DNA of 64,000 bases from Candidatus Krumholzibacteriia bacterium (GTDB lineage: Bacteria > Krumholzibacteriota > Krumholzibacteriia > JAJRXK01), in assembly GCA_041484665.1 (NCBI GenBank), contig JBGPIA010000010.1, forward strand, positions 1-64,000, read 5' to 3'. This document shows positions 37,434-46,017 of this stretch, piece by piece. Made by a program: the position numbers and the translations under genes. A model generated the notes under the pieces. The model saw only the letters and a list, made by a program, of their open reading frames with translations, had not been told where the DNA came from and ran no database searches. Each line of letters starts with the position of its first letter. The stretch's first letter is position 1.

Positions 37434-39479
37434 ATGAAGAGAATTGTTACTGGCATGCTCCTGCTGGCCTTCGGGGTCGTGGCAGGCAGCATTTCGTTCG
37501 CGCCGCGCCCGGCATCCGCCGCCGCGGTCGTCACCATCATCAACAACGACGGTGCGGGCGAAGGCTTCAACGACGCCACCGCCGCAGTCCCGGTTGGCGG
37601 CAACGCTGGCGTCACGATCGGGCAGCAGAGGCTCATCGCCTTCCAGTTCGCGGCCAATGTCTGGGGCGCCACCCTCGACAGCAACGTGCCGATCCTGGTG
37701 CAGGCCAATTTCGACCCGCTGAGCTGCACGGCGACGGCGGCCGTGCTCGGATCGGCCGGCGCGACCTTCATTTTTACGAACTACGTCCCCATCCCGCCTT
37801 GGCCGGGCCCGGAGTTTCTCGCGACCTGGTATTGCTCGGCCCTGGCTGACAAGCGCGCCGGACAGGAGCTCAATCCTGGTTTTCCGGACATCGCGGCCCG
37901 GTTCAACAGCAACCTCGGCAACGCGGGTTGCTTGACGGGCATCTTCTGGTACTACGGGCTGGACGGAAACCACGGCGCCAACATCGACCTCGTCACGGTC
38001 CTGCTGCACGAGCTGGGCCATGGCCTGGGGTTCCAGCAATTCGCCAGCGTGACGACTGGCTTGCAGTGTTGCGCACTACCGGCCCCCCGGCAGACGGACG
38101 TCTACGCCCGGCATCTCCTGGACACCACCACCGGGAAGACCTGGGACCAGATGATCGATGCCGAGCGCGTCGCTTCCGCGATCAACACCCAGAGAGTCGT
38201 ATGGAACGGGGCCGTGGTGGGAGCCAAGGTCCCGCTCGTGCTGGCTTCCGGGACACCTCTGGTGCGCGTCAATTCCCCGGCTGTGATCGCGGGAAACTAC
38301 CCCGTGGGGACCGCGGCCTTCGGCCCGGCGCTCTCCAGCCCCGGCGTCACGGGCGACCTCGAGCTCGTGAATGACGGGGCCGGTGCTTCGACGTCGGATG
38401 CTTGCGAGCCCTTGGTCGGGTTTACCCCCGGCCACATCGCGATCCTCGATCGTGGCACCTGCACGTTCGTCGTCAAAGTGAAGGTCGCTCAAGATGCCGG
38501 GGCGATCGCCGCCATCGTCGTCGACAACGTGGCTGGATCGCCTCCTGCGGGCCTGGGCGGCACGGATCCGACCATCACCATCCCAGCGGTCAGGGTGAGC
38601 CTGGCGGATGGAAACGCCATCAAGGCGCAGCTGGGAGGCGGCGTGAACGTCACGCTCGGTGTCGACCTGACGATTCGCGCTGGCGCCAACCCGGCGGGCT
38701 TGGCGATGTTGTACACACCGGTGCCGGTGGCCTCGGGCTCGACCATCTCGCACTGGGACACGAGCGCGTTCCCCAACCAGTTGATGGAGCCCGCCATCAA
38801 CGCGGACCTCACGCACAGCCTCATCCCGCCCCAAGACTTGACGCTGGCTCTGATGCGCGACATCGGCTGGTTCGTGGATCAGGACCTCGACGGCATTCCG
38901 GACGCGGGTGATCCCGTCGCAATCGCACAGATCCGCCTGACGGTGGACCGCCTGGTGGATGGCGCCGCCGTTGTGCGCTGGGACCCGGTGGCGATGCAGA
39001 GCTTCGCTGGCTTCCGCGTCTACCGCCAGGTGCCTGGCAGCGAGCGCGTGGAGATCAGCAACGGCACGCTCAGCAGCGCCTCGTACCTCCAGTTCAAGGA
39101 CCCGTCGGCACCGGCCGGCGGAGCCGACTACTGGCTGGCCGGGGTGGCGGAGAGCGGCGTGGAGACTTGGTTCGGACCGGTGACGCTCGGCTCGACCGTG
39201 CGCCCGGGTGTCCGGCTCGCCGTGAACTCGAATCCGTTCCGGCCGGGCAGCTCGATCTCGTTCGCGCTGCCGGACAGCCGGCCCGCCGAGTTGGCCGTGT
39301 ACAACGTCGCCGGACGTCAGGTCGCGACCCTGGCGAGTGGCGCGCCCGGCATCGGCGAGCACATCGTCCGCTGGGACGGCCGCAACCAACACGGACAGGA
39401 CGTGGCTGCCGGGATGTACGTCTTGCAGCTGCGCGCCGGCACCGTGACCCGCACCGAGAAGCTGGTACTGATCAGGTAG
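37434..39479 (+). CDS. Secreted zinc metallopeptidase with PA domain and FlgD/T9SS-type CTD
   Basis: HELGHGLG, DRGTCTF..K...AQDAGA PA motif, SHWD..LMEP, NPF...WDGRN CTD. Confidence 0.9.
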   Translation: MKRIVTGMLLLAFGVVAGSISFAPRPASAAAVVTIINNDGAGEGFNDATAAVPVGGNAGVTIGQQRLIAFQFAANVWGATLDSNVPILVQANFDPLSCTATAAVLGSAGATFIFTNYVPIPPWPGPEFLATWYCSALADKRAGQELNPGFPDIAARFNSNLGNAGCLTGIFWYYGLDGNHGANIDLVTVLLHELGHGLGFQQFASVTTGLQCCALPAPRQTDVYARHLLDTTTGKTWDQMIDAERVASAINTQRVVWNGAVVGAKVPLVLASGTPLVRVNSPAVIAGNYPVGTAAFGPALSSPGVTGDLELVNDGAGASTSDACEPLVGFTPGHIAILDRGTCTFVVKVKVAQDAGAIAAIVVDNVAGSPPAGLGGTDPTITIPAVRVSLADGNAIKAQLGGGVNVTLGVDLTIRAGANPAGLAMLYTPVPVASGSTISHWDTSAFPNQLMEPAINADLTHSLIPPQDLTLALMRDIGWFVDQDLDGIPDAGDPVAIAQIRLTVDRLVDGAAVVRWDPVAMQSFAGFRVYRQVPGSERVEISNGTLSSASYLQFKDPSAPAGGADYWLAGVAESGVETWFGPVTLGSTVRPGVRLAVNSNPFRPGSSISFALPDSRPAELAVYNVAGRQVATLASGAPGIGEHIVRWDGRNQHGQDVAAGMYVLQLRAGTVTRTEKLVLIR

Positions 39480-39684
39480 GTTTCGTCGAACGCGAACGCG
39501 TGCGTCCAGGGCCGTCTCCAACGACCTGGTCCTCGGACGAACCTTGGCCCGGCTGTCGAGCTGATGCCTCGACAGCCGGGCCGTAGCTCCACCTCGCATC
39601 CGACCTCTGCGCGCCGTCGGGGCCAACCGCTTCCCTCTGCGACCGGCGTTGGGCCGGTTCGTCGACGGCCGGCGTGGGGATCCT

Positions 39685-40608
39685 TCAGAGGATCCAGAAC
39701 TCCACACCCTGCTGTTGCAAGAACTCTTCCGCGCGGGGCCCCTTCAGGTAGGCAAGAGTGGAGAGCGTCCCGGCCTCCAGGCAGGTTCGACCCAGGACCG
39801 TGACCGCTCGCGGAGCACCCTCCACCGGCCACCCCGTCTTGGGATCGAGGATGTGGCCGAGCCGCTTCCCCCTCCACAGGACGAAGCGCCGGGCGTCCCC
39901 GCTCGTGGCAAGACCGCCGCGCGACAAATCGATGCGATAGACCGCCGACTCCCCCGTTCGTGCCGGATCGTCGACCCCCACACCCCAGGGACGGTCGCCG
40001 TAACGGCATCCGCTGGCGTAGAGATCTCCGCCGAAATTCACCACGAACGCGCGGCGGGTCCTGGTCGCAATGAGCGCCGCAGCGCGATCCACCGCATACT
40101 CCTTGCCCAGCCCGCCGAGGTCGATCTCCATCCCTTCCGGCATCGATAACGCGGGCTTCGCCCACGTCACGCGGTGCCACCCGACGTGCCGCAGCACGTC
40201 CTGCACCGCCGACTCCGCCGGGACGCGATCGCTCCCATCGAACCGCCAGACGCGGCGCAGCACTCCCGAGGTGATGTCGAACATGCCGTCCGACATCTCG
40301 TAGCACGTCACCGCGTAGTCGATGAGCAGGGCGGTCTCCTCATCGACCTCAACTGGCCGCCCACCCGCGTGGTTGATCAGATCGATGAGATTGTTGGGCC
40401 GGTAGCGGCTGAACTTGCGCTCGATCCGCCGTGCTTCGCGCTCCGCGATCGCGAGCAGCGCTTTCGCCTCGCTACGGTCGGAGCTGTCGACCAGGACCTC
40501 GCACGGACCCGCCATCGCGGTAAACCTGCCGCAGAAATAGTCCTCGATTCGCGCCAGAGAGGGTCGGCCGGTGTCGCGCGCGGGGGCGGGTCGCAGCGAA
40601 CCGGACAC
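39685..40608 (-). CDS. apbE: FAD:protein FMN transferase
   Basis: FDITSG, IDLGGLGKEYAVD, NFGGD, LATSG, HILDPKTGWP. Confidence 0.94.
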   Translation of the reverse strand: MSGSLRPAPARDTGRPSLARIEDYFCGRFTAMAGPCEVLVDSSDRSEAKALLAIAEREARRIERKFSRYRPNNLIDLINHAGGRPVEVDEETALLIDYAVTCYEMSDGMFDITSGVLRRVWRFDGSDRVPAESAVQDVLRHVGWHRVTWAKPALSMPEGMEIDLGGLGKEYAVDRAAALIATRTRRAFVVNFGGDLYASGCRYGDRPWGVGVDDPARTGESAVYRIDLSRGGLATSGDARRFVLWRGKRLGHILDPKTGWPVEGAPRAVTVLGRTCLEAGTLSTLAYLKGPRAEEFLQQQGVEFWIL

Positions 40609-40616
40609 GCGGGGCC

Positions 40617-41882
40617 TCAGAACTGGACGGAGTAGCCGACGATCAGCGAGCCGATGTCCAGCGCGGGGAACAGGTCAATGTCGCGCTGCACACCCACCGC
40701 GTCGGGAGGGTGACCGTTGCCCCACTGACGCATGTACTCGGCGCGAACGCTGAACTCGCCGGGATAGTCCGCGAGGTGGAAGCCGTAGGTCGCTCCCAGC
40801 GTCATCGTCCGCAGCGGCCCCAGCCGGAAATCACTCGTCGCGATGTCCGGAACCGCGGCGCCCTGGATCAGGCCGAAGGTGAAGAAGTCGGCGGCGGACT
40901 GGCGGTAGAAGCGCAGATGCGGTTGCAGGAACGTGTGGTCCTGCAGCTCTCGGCGGTACTTCAGGTCGACGGTGTTGGATCGCACTCCCCAGTCATCCCA
41001 GTAGTACCGATAGGACAGGTAGAGGACGTCCTGCGTCAGGTGATAGATGGAGCTCACCAACACATCCGCGCGGTCGCGTGTGGCGGGGCGCTGCTCCGTC
41101 AGCTGTCCCACCGTCACACCGCTGTTCGCGTCCAGCAGACTCACCACCTTGTAGGGCTCGGTGAGGTAACCGCGCTCGAAGGCGCGCGACGCGTTCACGG
41201 CCATCATCCACCGGCGCGTGAGGATGCGCGACACGCCAGCCATGGCGCTCGCCACGCGCTTCGGGTTCGAGCCCGTCCCGAGCAGAATGCTCCCATCCGA
41301 CAATCCGACCGGGGTCCCCCCCACGGGAAACACGCCGTCCCGGTTGAATCCGGCGCCCACGGTCAGGGTGGTCAGGCGTTGCATGAGATCGGCCGTGAGT
41401 TTCGCGTTCGCTCCCAGCGACTGGTAGTCCTTCTCTCTGGAGGCGTGCGCGCCGGTCGTGGAGGTGAGCCGGCCCCAGAACGGCTTCTGCCACTCGAGAT
41501 CGAGCGCGCCCCGGATGTCCTTGAAGGAGCTCAACGGGATCTGACCGGCGGGGAGCCGGGTGACGTGGCCCGACGGCGTCGTGGTCGTCTGGATGCGGCC
41601 CGACGGCATGGCGCCGCTGGGCGACGCCCCGGTGATTACGTCGATTCCGAGCTGGGCGGAGAGCGATTGGCCGTCGGGGTAGAGGCGCGTGACCCGGGCG
41701 GTGGGCTCGAACACCTGCGCGCGGCTCTTCTCGCCATAGATGAGCACCGATCCGTCGAACTGCGAGGTCGCGCCCGTCTGCGCGTGCGCCGCGGCCGGCA
41801 TGCCTGAAGCCAGCAGCAGGCACGCCACCGCGCTCAACCGGCTGCGCAGGGCTGATGGCCGGCTGGGAGCCTCTAGTTGCAT
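40617..41882 (-). CDS. DUF3570-family outer-membrane protein with candidate flavinylation motif
   Basis: DVITGASPSG, S.EKDY.S, GYLTEPY, YRYYWDDWG, SDFRL; C-terminal F. Confidence 0.85.
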   Translation of the reverse strand: MQLEAPSRPSALRSRLSAVACLLLASGMPAAAHAQTGATSQFDGSVLIYGEKSRAQVFEPTARVTRLYPDGQSLSAQLGIDVITGASPSGAMPSGRIQTTTTPSGHVTRLPAGQIPLSSFKDIRGALDLEWQKPFWGRLTSTTGAHASREKDYQSLGANAKLTADLMQRLTTLTVGAGFNRDGVFPVGGTPVGLSDGSILLGTGSNPKRVASAMAGVSRILTRRWMMAVNASRAFERGYLTEPYKVVSLLDANSGVTVGQLTEQRPATRDRADVLVSSIYHLTQDVLYLSYRYYWDDWGVRSNTVDLKYRRELQDHTFLQPHLRFYRQSAADFFTFGLIQGAAVPDIATSDFRLGPLRTMTLGATYGFHLADYPGEFSVRAEYMRQWGNGHPPDAVGVQRDIDLFPALDIGSLIVGYSVQF

Positions 41883-42109
41883 CCGCAGCCGCCGCCTGCG
41901 ACATCCTGGCCGCCGGTCGAGCCTTCCTTGCTGAAATAGATGTGCTGGTCCACGGCGTACTCCATGGGCGATGGAATGAAGCGCATCGTCTTCTCGGCCA
42001 GCAGGTCCCTGTCCCAGGGGTGTACGGCCGTTGCGGCGCAGCCGCTGGCCAGAGCAGGCAGGACGATGAAGAGCACGGCGTGAACGAGCCGTCTCGCCCG
42101 TGGCGTCAT
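41873..42109 (-). CDS. DUF4266-family small lipoprotein
   Basis: Lipobox ASGC; V.PW.R..LA; C-terminal GGGCGCN; ATGA overlap. Confidence 0.88.
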   Translation of the reverse strand: MTPRARRLVHAVLFIVLPALASGCAATAVHPWDRDLLAEKTMRFIPSPMEYAVDQHIYFSKEGSTGGQDVAGGGCGCN

Positions 42110-42699
42110 CGGGGACATGCCTCCTTGATCAGGGTCTCGATCGCATCGGTCCTCTTGGGATCGAAGCCGGCGTGGGAATAGAGGATCGCGCCTGCAGGGC
42201 TGATGATGTAGCTCGACGGCATGGCCGCTACCTTGAATGCCTCCGCTGTCTTGCCGGAGGGATCGAACGCAATGCAGAACGGAGCGGGATGCTTCTGCAA
42301 GAATGCGTCCGCCGCAGCTCGATCCTTGTCGAGATTGATCGCGACGACCGCCAGTCCTTTCGCGGCGTAGCGTTCTTGCAACGCGCACAGCCACGGGAAT
42401 GACCGCTGGCAGGGCTCGCACCAGGAGGCCCAGAAGTCCACGAGCACGACCTTTCCCCGCAGGGAATCCAGCGATACCGTGCCGCGGCGTGCGGGGAGGT
42501 TGAAGCTGGGGGCGGGCCGAAAGCCCGCAGCACTCCCGGGCGCCGCCGTCGCGAGCGCCGGGAGCACCAGAGCAAGCAGCAGGGCGATCAGCGCCTGGGG
42601 CCGGGCGGATTGCCGGAATGGGTGGGCTGGCGCCTTGGAGCGCTGCGCAGGGACTGGGTGACAGTCCGTGGAGAGACGGAAATCGGCCACCAGACGCAA
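42106..42699 (-). CDS. TlpA-family thiol:disulfide oxidoreductase
   Basis: GKVVLVDFWASWCEPC; start uncertain. Confidence 0.9.
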   Translation of the reverse strand: MRLVADFRLSTDCHPVPAQRSKAPAHPFRQSARPQALIALLLALVLPALATAAPGSAAGFRPAPSFNLPARRGTVSLDSLRGKVVLVDFWASWCEPCQRSFPWLCALQERYAAKGLAVVAINLDKDRAAADAFLQKHPAPFCIAFDPSGKTAEAFKVAAMPSSYIISPAGAILYSHAGFDPKRTDAIETLIKEACPR

Positions 42700-43010
42700 G
42701 ACTCTGCCGCCCGTCGATCACGAGGCTGAGATTGCCGTCAGGGGCCAGATCACGAGGCAATCGCGGGTGCTGGGGGCTCCCCTGGGGAGTCGCGGGAGCG
42801 CTGGCCGTGCGGACGTCGCCGCCGCGGCATCCCTCGCGCCCCGATCGCCCTTCGTATCGTCCTCTCGTACACCGTGCAAGGCGTCCGGTTCCACTCCAGC
42901 CCGGAGCCTGCCGCGTGGGATGGCAAAGGGCGCGGGGGCGGGCTGAAGGGAGCGGTCTGGGAGGAGCGGGCGCGCAGCACGAGGTGTGGCCGGTCGCCCG
43001 CGCCGCGCGG

Positions 43011-43019
43011 TGGTATACT
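43011..43019 (+). promoter_or_regulatory. Extended -10 element TGGTATACT
   Basis: TGn-TATACT about 75 nt upstream of the sulfatase-like gene start. Confidence 0.4.
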
Positions 43020-43092
43020 CACGTTCTTTGGGAGCGAGCCTCGTGGAAGCCAGCCTCGCACGCAGCCAGCCTCGCAAGCACGCAACGACGCG

Positions 43093-45024
43093 ATGAAGCC
43101 GCCCGCTCTCCTGATGGCCCTGCGCGTGGCCGTCCGCGACGGCCTGGTGGGAGGCTTGCTGATGGGCGCCGTCCACACCGGCCTGCTGGCCGTCGCCGGG
43201 CTCTACGCGACCGCTGGCCCAAGTCGGATCCTCGCCTCTCTGCTGCGTTGGATGGGTCTCTTGGGCCTGCTGGGCGGGTTGGCGGCGGCTGCCGGGCTCG
43301 TGCTGCGCGGACTGTTGCCCAGGCTCGACGCCCCGCAACGCCGCGAGCGACGACAGCTGGGGCTCATCCCCGCTGCCCTGTACTTGGGGGCATGGGCGGT
43401 CGTGTTGGGGCACGGCGCGCTCCCGCCTGGGGCGGACGGTCGGGAAGCGTTGATAGCCGCGGCCGCGGCTACGGGGCTGGCCGCGCTGGGCTCGCTGCTG
43501 TTGGCCGCTGGGCTCCTCCCACTGCCGCGTCCGCCGTGGCCACCCACGCCGCAGCTGCACGAGGGCGAGCGCTCGGGCGCGGGCGGCATCGCCACACTGC
43601 TGTGGACGGTCCTCGCCGTGCTTTTCGTGGTCGCGCCTGGCTTGCTGCCCGCTCCCAGGCCGGCGATCGGCGACCACGAGCTGCAGAGGCCATCGTCGCC
43701 CGCCCTGGAGGCCGCAGCCGAAGAAGCTTTCGCAGGCCCCAGGCGCAATCTGCTCCTGATCACCGTGGACACCCTGCGTGCCGACCACCTTGGCTGCTAC
43801 GGTTATCAACGCGACACCAGCCCAGCCATCGACGGTCTGGCGAGGCGGGGCGTGCGGATGGACCAGGCGATCTGCCCGCGCCCCACCACCAGCCCGAGCT
43901 TCGCCACGTTCTTCACGGGGGCTTACCCGATGCGGCACGGTGTCAATTTCACTCAGCAGGTGCTGGCTCCCGAAAACTTGACACTGGCGGAGATCCTCAA
44001 GGACGCTGGCTACGCCACCGCGGCGGTCATCACCAACCCCAATCTCTTCCCGGCGTTCGGTTTCGACCAGGGCTTCACGACCTACGTGCATGGCCACACC
44101 CGGGCGGGCGAAGGCCGCCAGCGCGCTCTCGACTGGCTGGAGAACGACAGGCCCGACGATCGTCCGTGGTTCTTCTGGTTCCACAGCACCGATCCGCACT
44201 ATCCGTACAATCCGCTCCCGCCCTACAACGCCATGTTCTCCCAGTCCGACACCACCGGGTCGGTCCAGCGCCAGATCGAGCTCTACGATGGGGAGATCCG
44301 CTATACGGACGATGAGCTAGCGCAGGTTCTGCAGTACTTCTACGATCGGCCGGCGCTGTGGGCCAACACCCTCACCGTCTTCGCCGCGGACCACGGCGAG
44401 AGCCTCGACGAGCACGATTACTACTTCCAGCACGGCGAGCTGCCCTACGAGCAGACGGCCCGCATTCCGCTCCTCTTCGTGGCACCGGGTGTTCTGCCTG
44501 CGGGTGCGGTTTCCCCTGCGCTGGTCACGGGCGCCGATCTCTTGCCCACGTTGCTCTCGGCTCTCCAGGTTTCGATTCCCGGGGGAATCCACGGAGTCAG
44601 CTGTCTGCCCGTGCTGCTGGGGCTCGACGATCGCGGGCCGCACGATTTCGTCTTCCTCGAAGCCGGATTCGGCGAGCATATCCGGCTCGGGCGCACGCGG
44701 TCGCTGCGCCGGGTCGACACCAAGTACGTGCAGCGTCTCACCCGCTGGGCGCAGTTGCCCGACTCGCCGTCGAGTCTGCCGTGGTCGATCAACGCTTGGC
44801 TCGAGGGAGGGCTGCAGCCGGACGAGTTCTACGATCTCACCACCGATCCGCAGGAGGCGGTGAACCTGCTGGGGCGGGACCCGGCGCGCGACGCCCGGGA
44901 GCGGGCCTTGCTCGAAGCCTTCCAGCGGCGGCTGGCCGCGTCCGGGCAGATCCGCGCGGGACAGAAGGCCGAGCTGGATCCGGCGACCTTGGAGTCGCTG
45001 AGGAGCCTCGGCTACATCCAGTAG
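43093..45024 (+). CDS. Membrane-anchored sulfatase/alkaline-phosphatase-superfamily protein
   Basis: N-terminal TM helices; NLLLITVDTLRADHL, DPH.PY, YDGEI, ADHGE; LRSLGY tail. Confidence 0.88.
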   Translation: MKPPALLMALRVAVRDGLVGGLLMGAVHTGLLAVAGLYATAGPSRILASLLRWMGLLGLLGGLAAAAGLVLRGLLPRLDAPQRRERRQLGLIPAALYLGAWAVVLGHGALPPGADGREALIAAAAATGLAALGSLLLAAGLLPLPRPPWPPTPQLHEGERSGAGGIATLLWTVLAVLFVVAPGLLPAPRPAIGDHELQRPSSPALEAAAEEAFAGPRRNLLLITVDTLRADHLGCYGYQRDTSPAIDGLARRGVRMDQAICPRPTTSPSFATFFTGAYPMRHGVNFTQQVLAPENLTLAEILKDAGYATAAVITNPNLFPAFGFDQGFTTYVHGHTRAGEGRQRALDWLENDRPDDRPWFFWFHSTDPHYPYNPLPPYNAMFSQSDTTGSVQRQIELYDGEIRYTDDELAQVLQYFYDRPALWANTLTVFAADHGESLDEHDYYFQHGELPYEQTARIPLLFVAPGVLPAGAVSPALVTGADLLPTLLSALQVSIPGGIHGVSCLPVLLGLDDRGPHDFVFLEAGFGEHIRLGRTRSLRRVDTKYVQRLTRWAQLPDSPSSLPWSINAWLEGGLQPDEFYDLTTDPQEAVNLLGRDPARDARERALLEAFQRRLAASGQIRAGQKAELDPATLESLRSLGYIQ

Positions 45025-45079
45025 CGTCGACCCCTGCCGGCAGCAGCAACCGTTCCTGCGGGCGCGCGCGTCCGGGAAC

Positions 45080-45388
45080 TCAAGCCGCGGAACCGCCGCT
45101 CCCCGCGATCCGGTCGATCGCCCGCGCCAGATCGACATCCTTGCGGGTGATCCCGCCGGCGTCGTGGGTCATGAGGTCGATGGTGACTTTGCTGTAACCA
45201 TTCGACCAGTCGGGGTGGTGATCCATGCGCTCGGCGACCAGCGCGACGCGCGTCATGAAGGCGAACGCCTCGCTGAAGTCCGCGAAGCGCAGCTCGCGAT
45301 GGAGCTTGCCGTCCTTGAGGCGCCAATGGGTGAGCGTTCCGAGGATGTCGTCGATCTGATCTTCGTTGAGTCTCACGGCCTTTTCCAT
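45080..45388 (-). CDS. phhB: Pterin-4-alpha-carbinolamine dehydratase
   Basis: F.DFSEAFAF, DHHPDW, THDAGGIT.KD. Confidence 0.93.
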   Translation of the reverse strand: MEKAVRLNEDQIDDILGTLTHWRLKDGKLHRELRFADFSEAFAFMTRVALVAERMDHHPDWSNGYSKVTIDLMTHDAGGITRKDVDLARAIDRIAGSGGSAA

Positions 45389-46017
45389 GGGTCCTGATCC
45401 TTTCCGCCCTGGCTCGCGCCCGGCGGCTGTTGCGTCCACTGCGGTTGCGGGACCTTGCGCCCGTCTTGCTGCTGCGCCTGTCGCATCGCGACCATCCCCT
45501 GCAGGACCGACTCTTTCCTCAGGATGGAGCCGATCTGGGGGTCGTAGACTTCCCAGGCGAGCCACTCCGCGGCCATGAACACCAGCGCGAACACCTGGGC
45601 GCCCTGGCGCAGGGCCCACGGGCGCGGGATCGCGATCTGCACCTCGCGCGAGAGCACTTCCAGGGTCATCACGCCGTCGGCGTCGCGCGCGCCGAACTCG
45701 AATCGGCCCGGGGAGACCTCGGCAATCCCCGGAACCCGCAGCAGGCGAGCCCTCACTCCGGCGCTATCAGCCGACGCGGGTCGCGCGGGAGCCCCGTGCT
45801 CGGCGCGGGGCGCCTGCGCGGTCGGCGCGGCCTCCGGCGGTGCCGGTTGGCCTGCCAACCCCGCTTGCTCTGTGATCCCCGGCTGGATGACCAGCCGGTA
45901 CGGACCCGCCGGAGGCTGCGGTGTGGCCGCCGGGTCGGCGGGCGGCTGTGCAGCGCCCGTGGAATCGGCCGGCGGGTGCGGCGCACCTGCTGCTTCGCGC
46001 GGCGTGTCGGCGCTCAC
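45373..46017 (-). CDS. Hypothetical protein
   Basis: GTGA overlap with the upstream gene and overlap with the phhB start; globular W..YDPQ segment. Confidence 0.65.
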   Translation of the reverse strand: MSADTPREAAGAPHPPADSTGAAQPPADPAATPQPPAGPYRLVIQPGITEQAGLAGQPAPPEAAPTAQAPRAEHGAPARPASADSAGVRARLLRVPGIAEVSPGRFEFGARDADGVMTLEVLSREVQIAIPRPWALRQGAQVFALVFMAAEWLAWEVYDPQIGSILRKESVLQGMVAMRQAQQQDGRKVPQPQWTQQPPGASQGGKDQDPWKRP

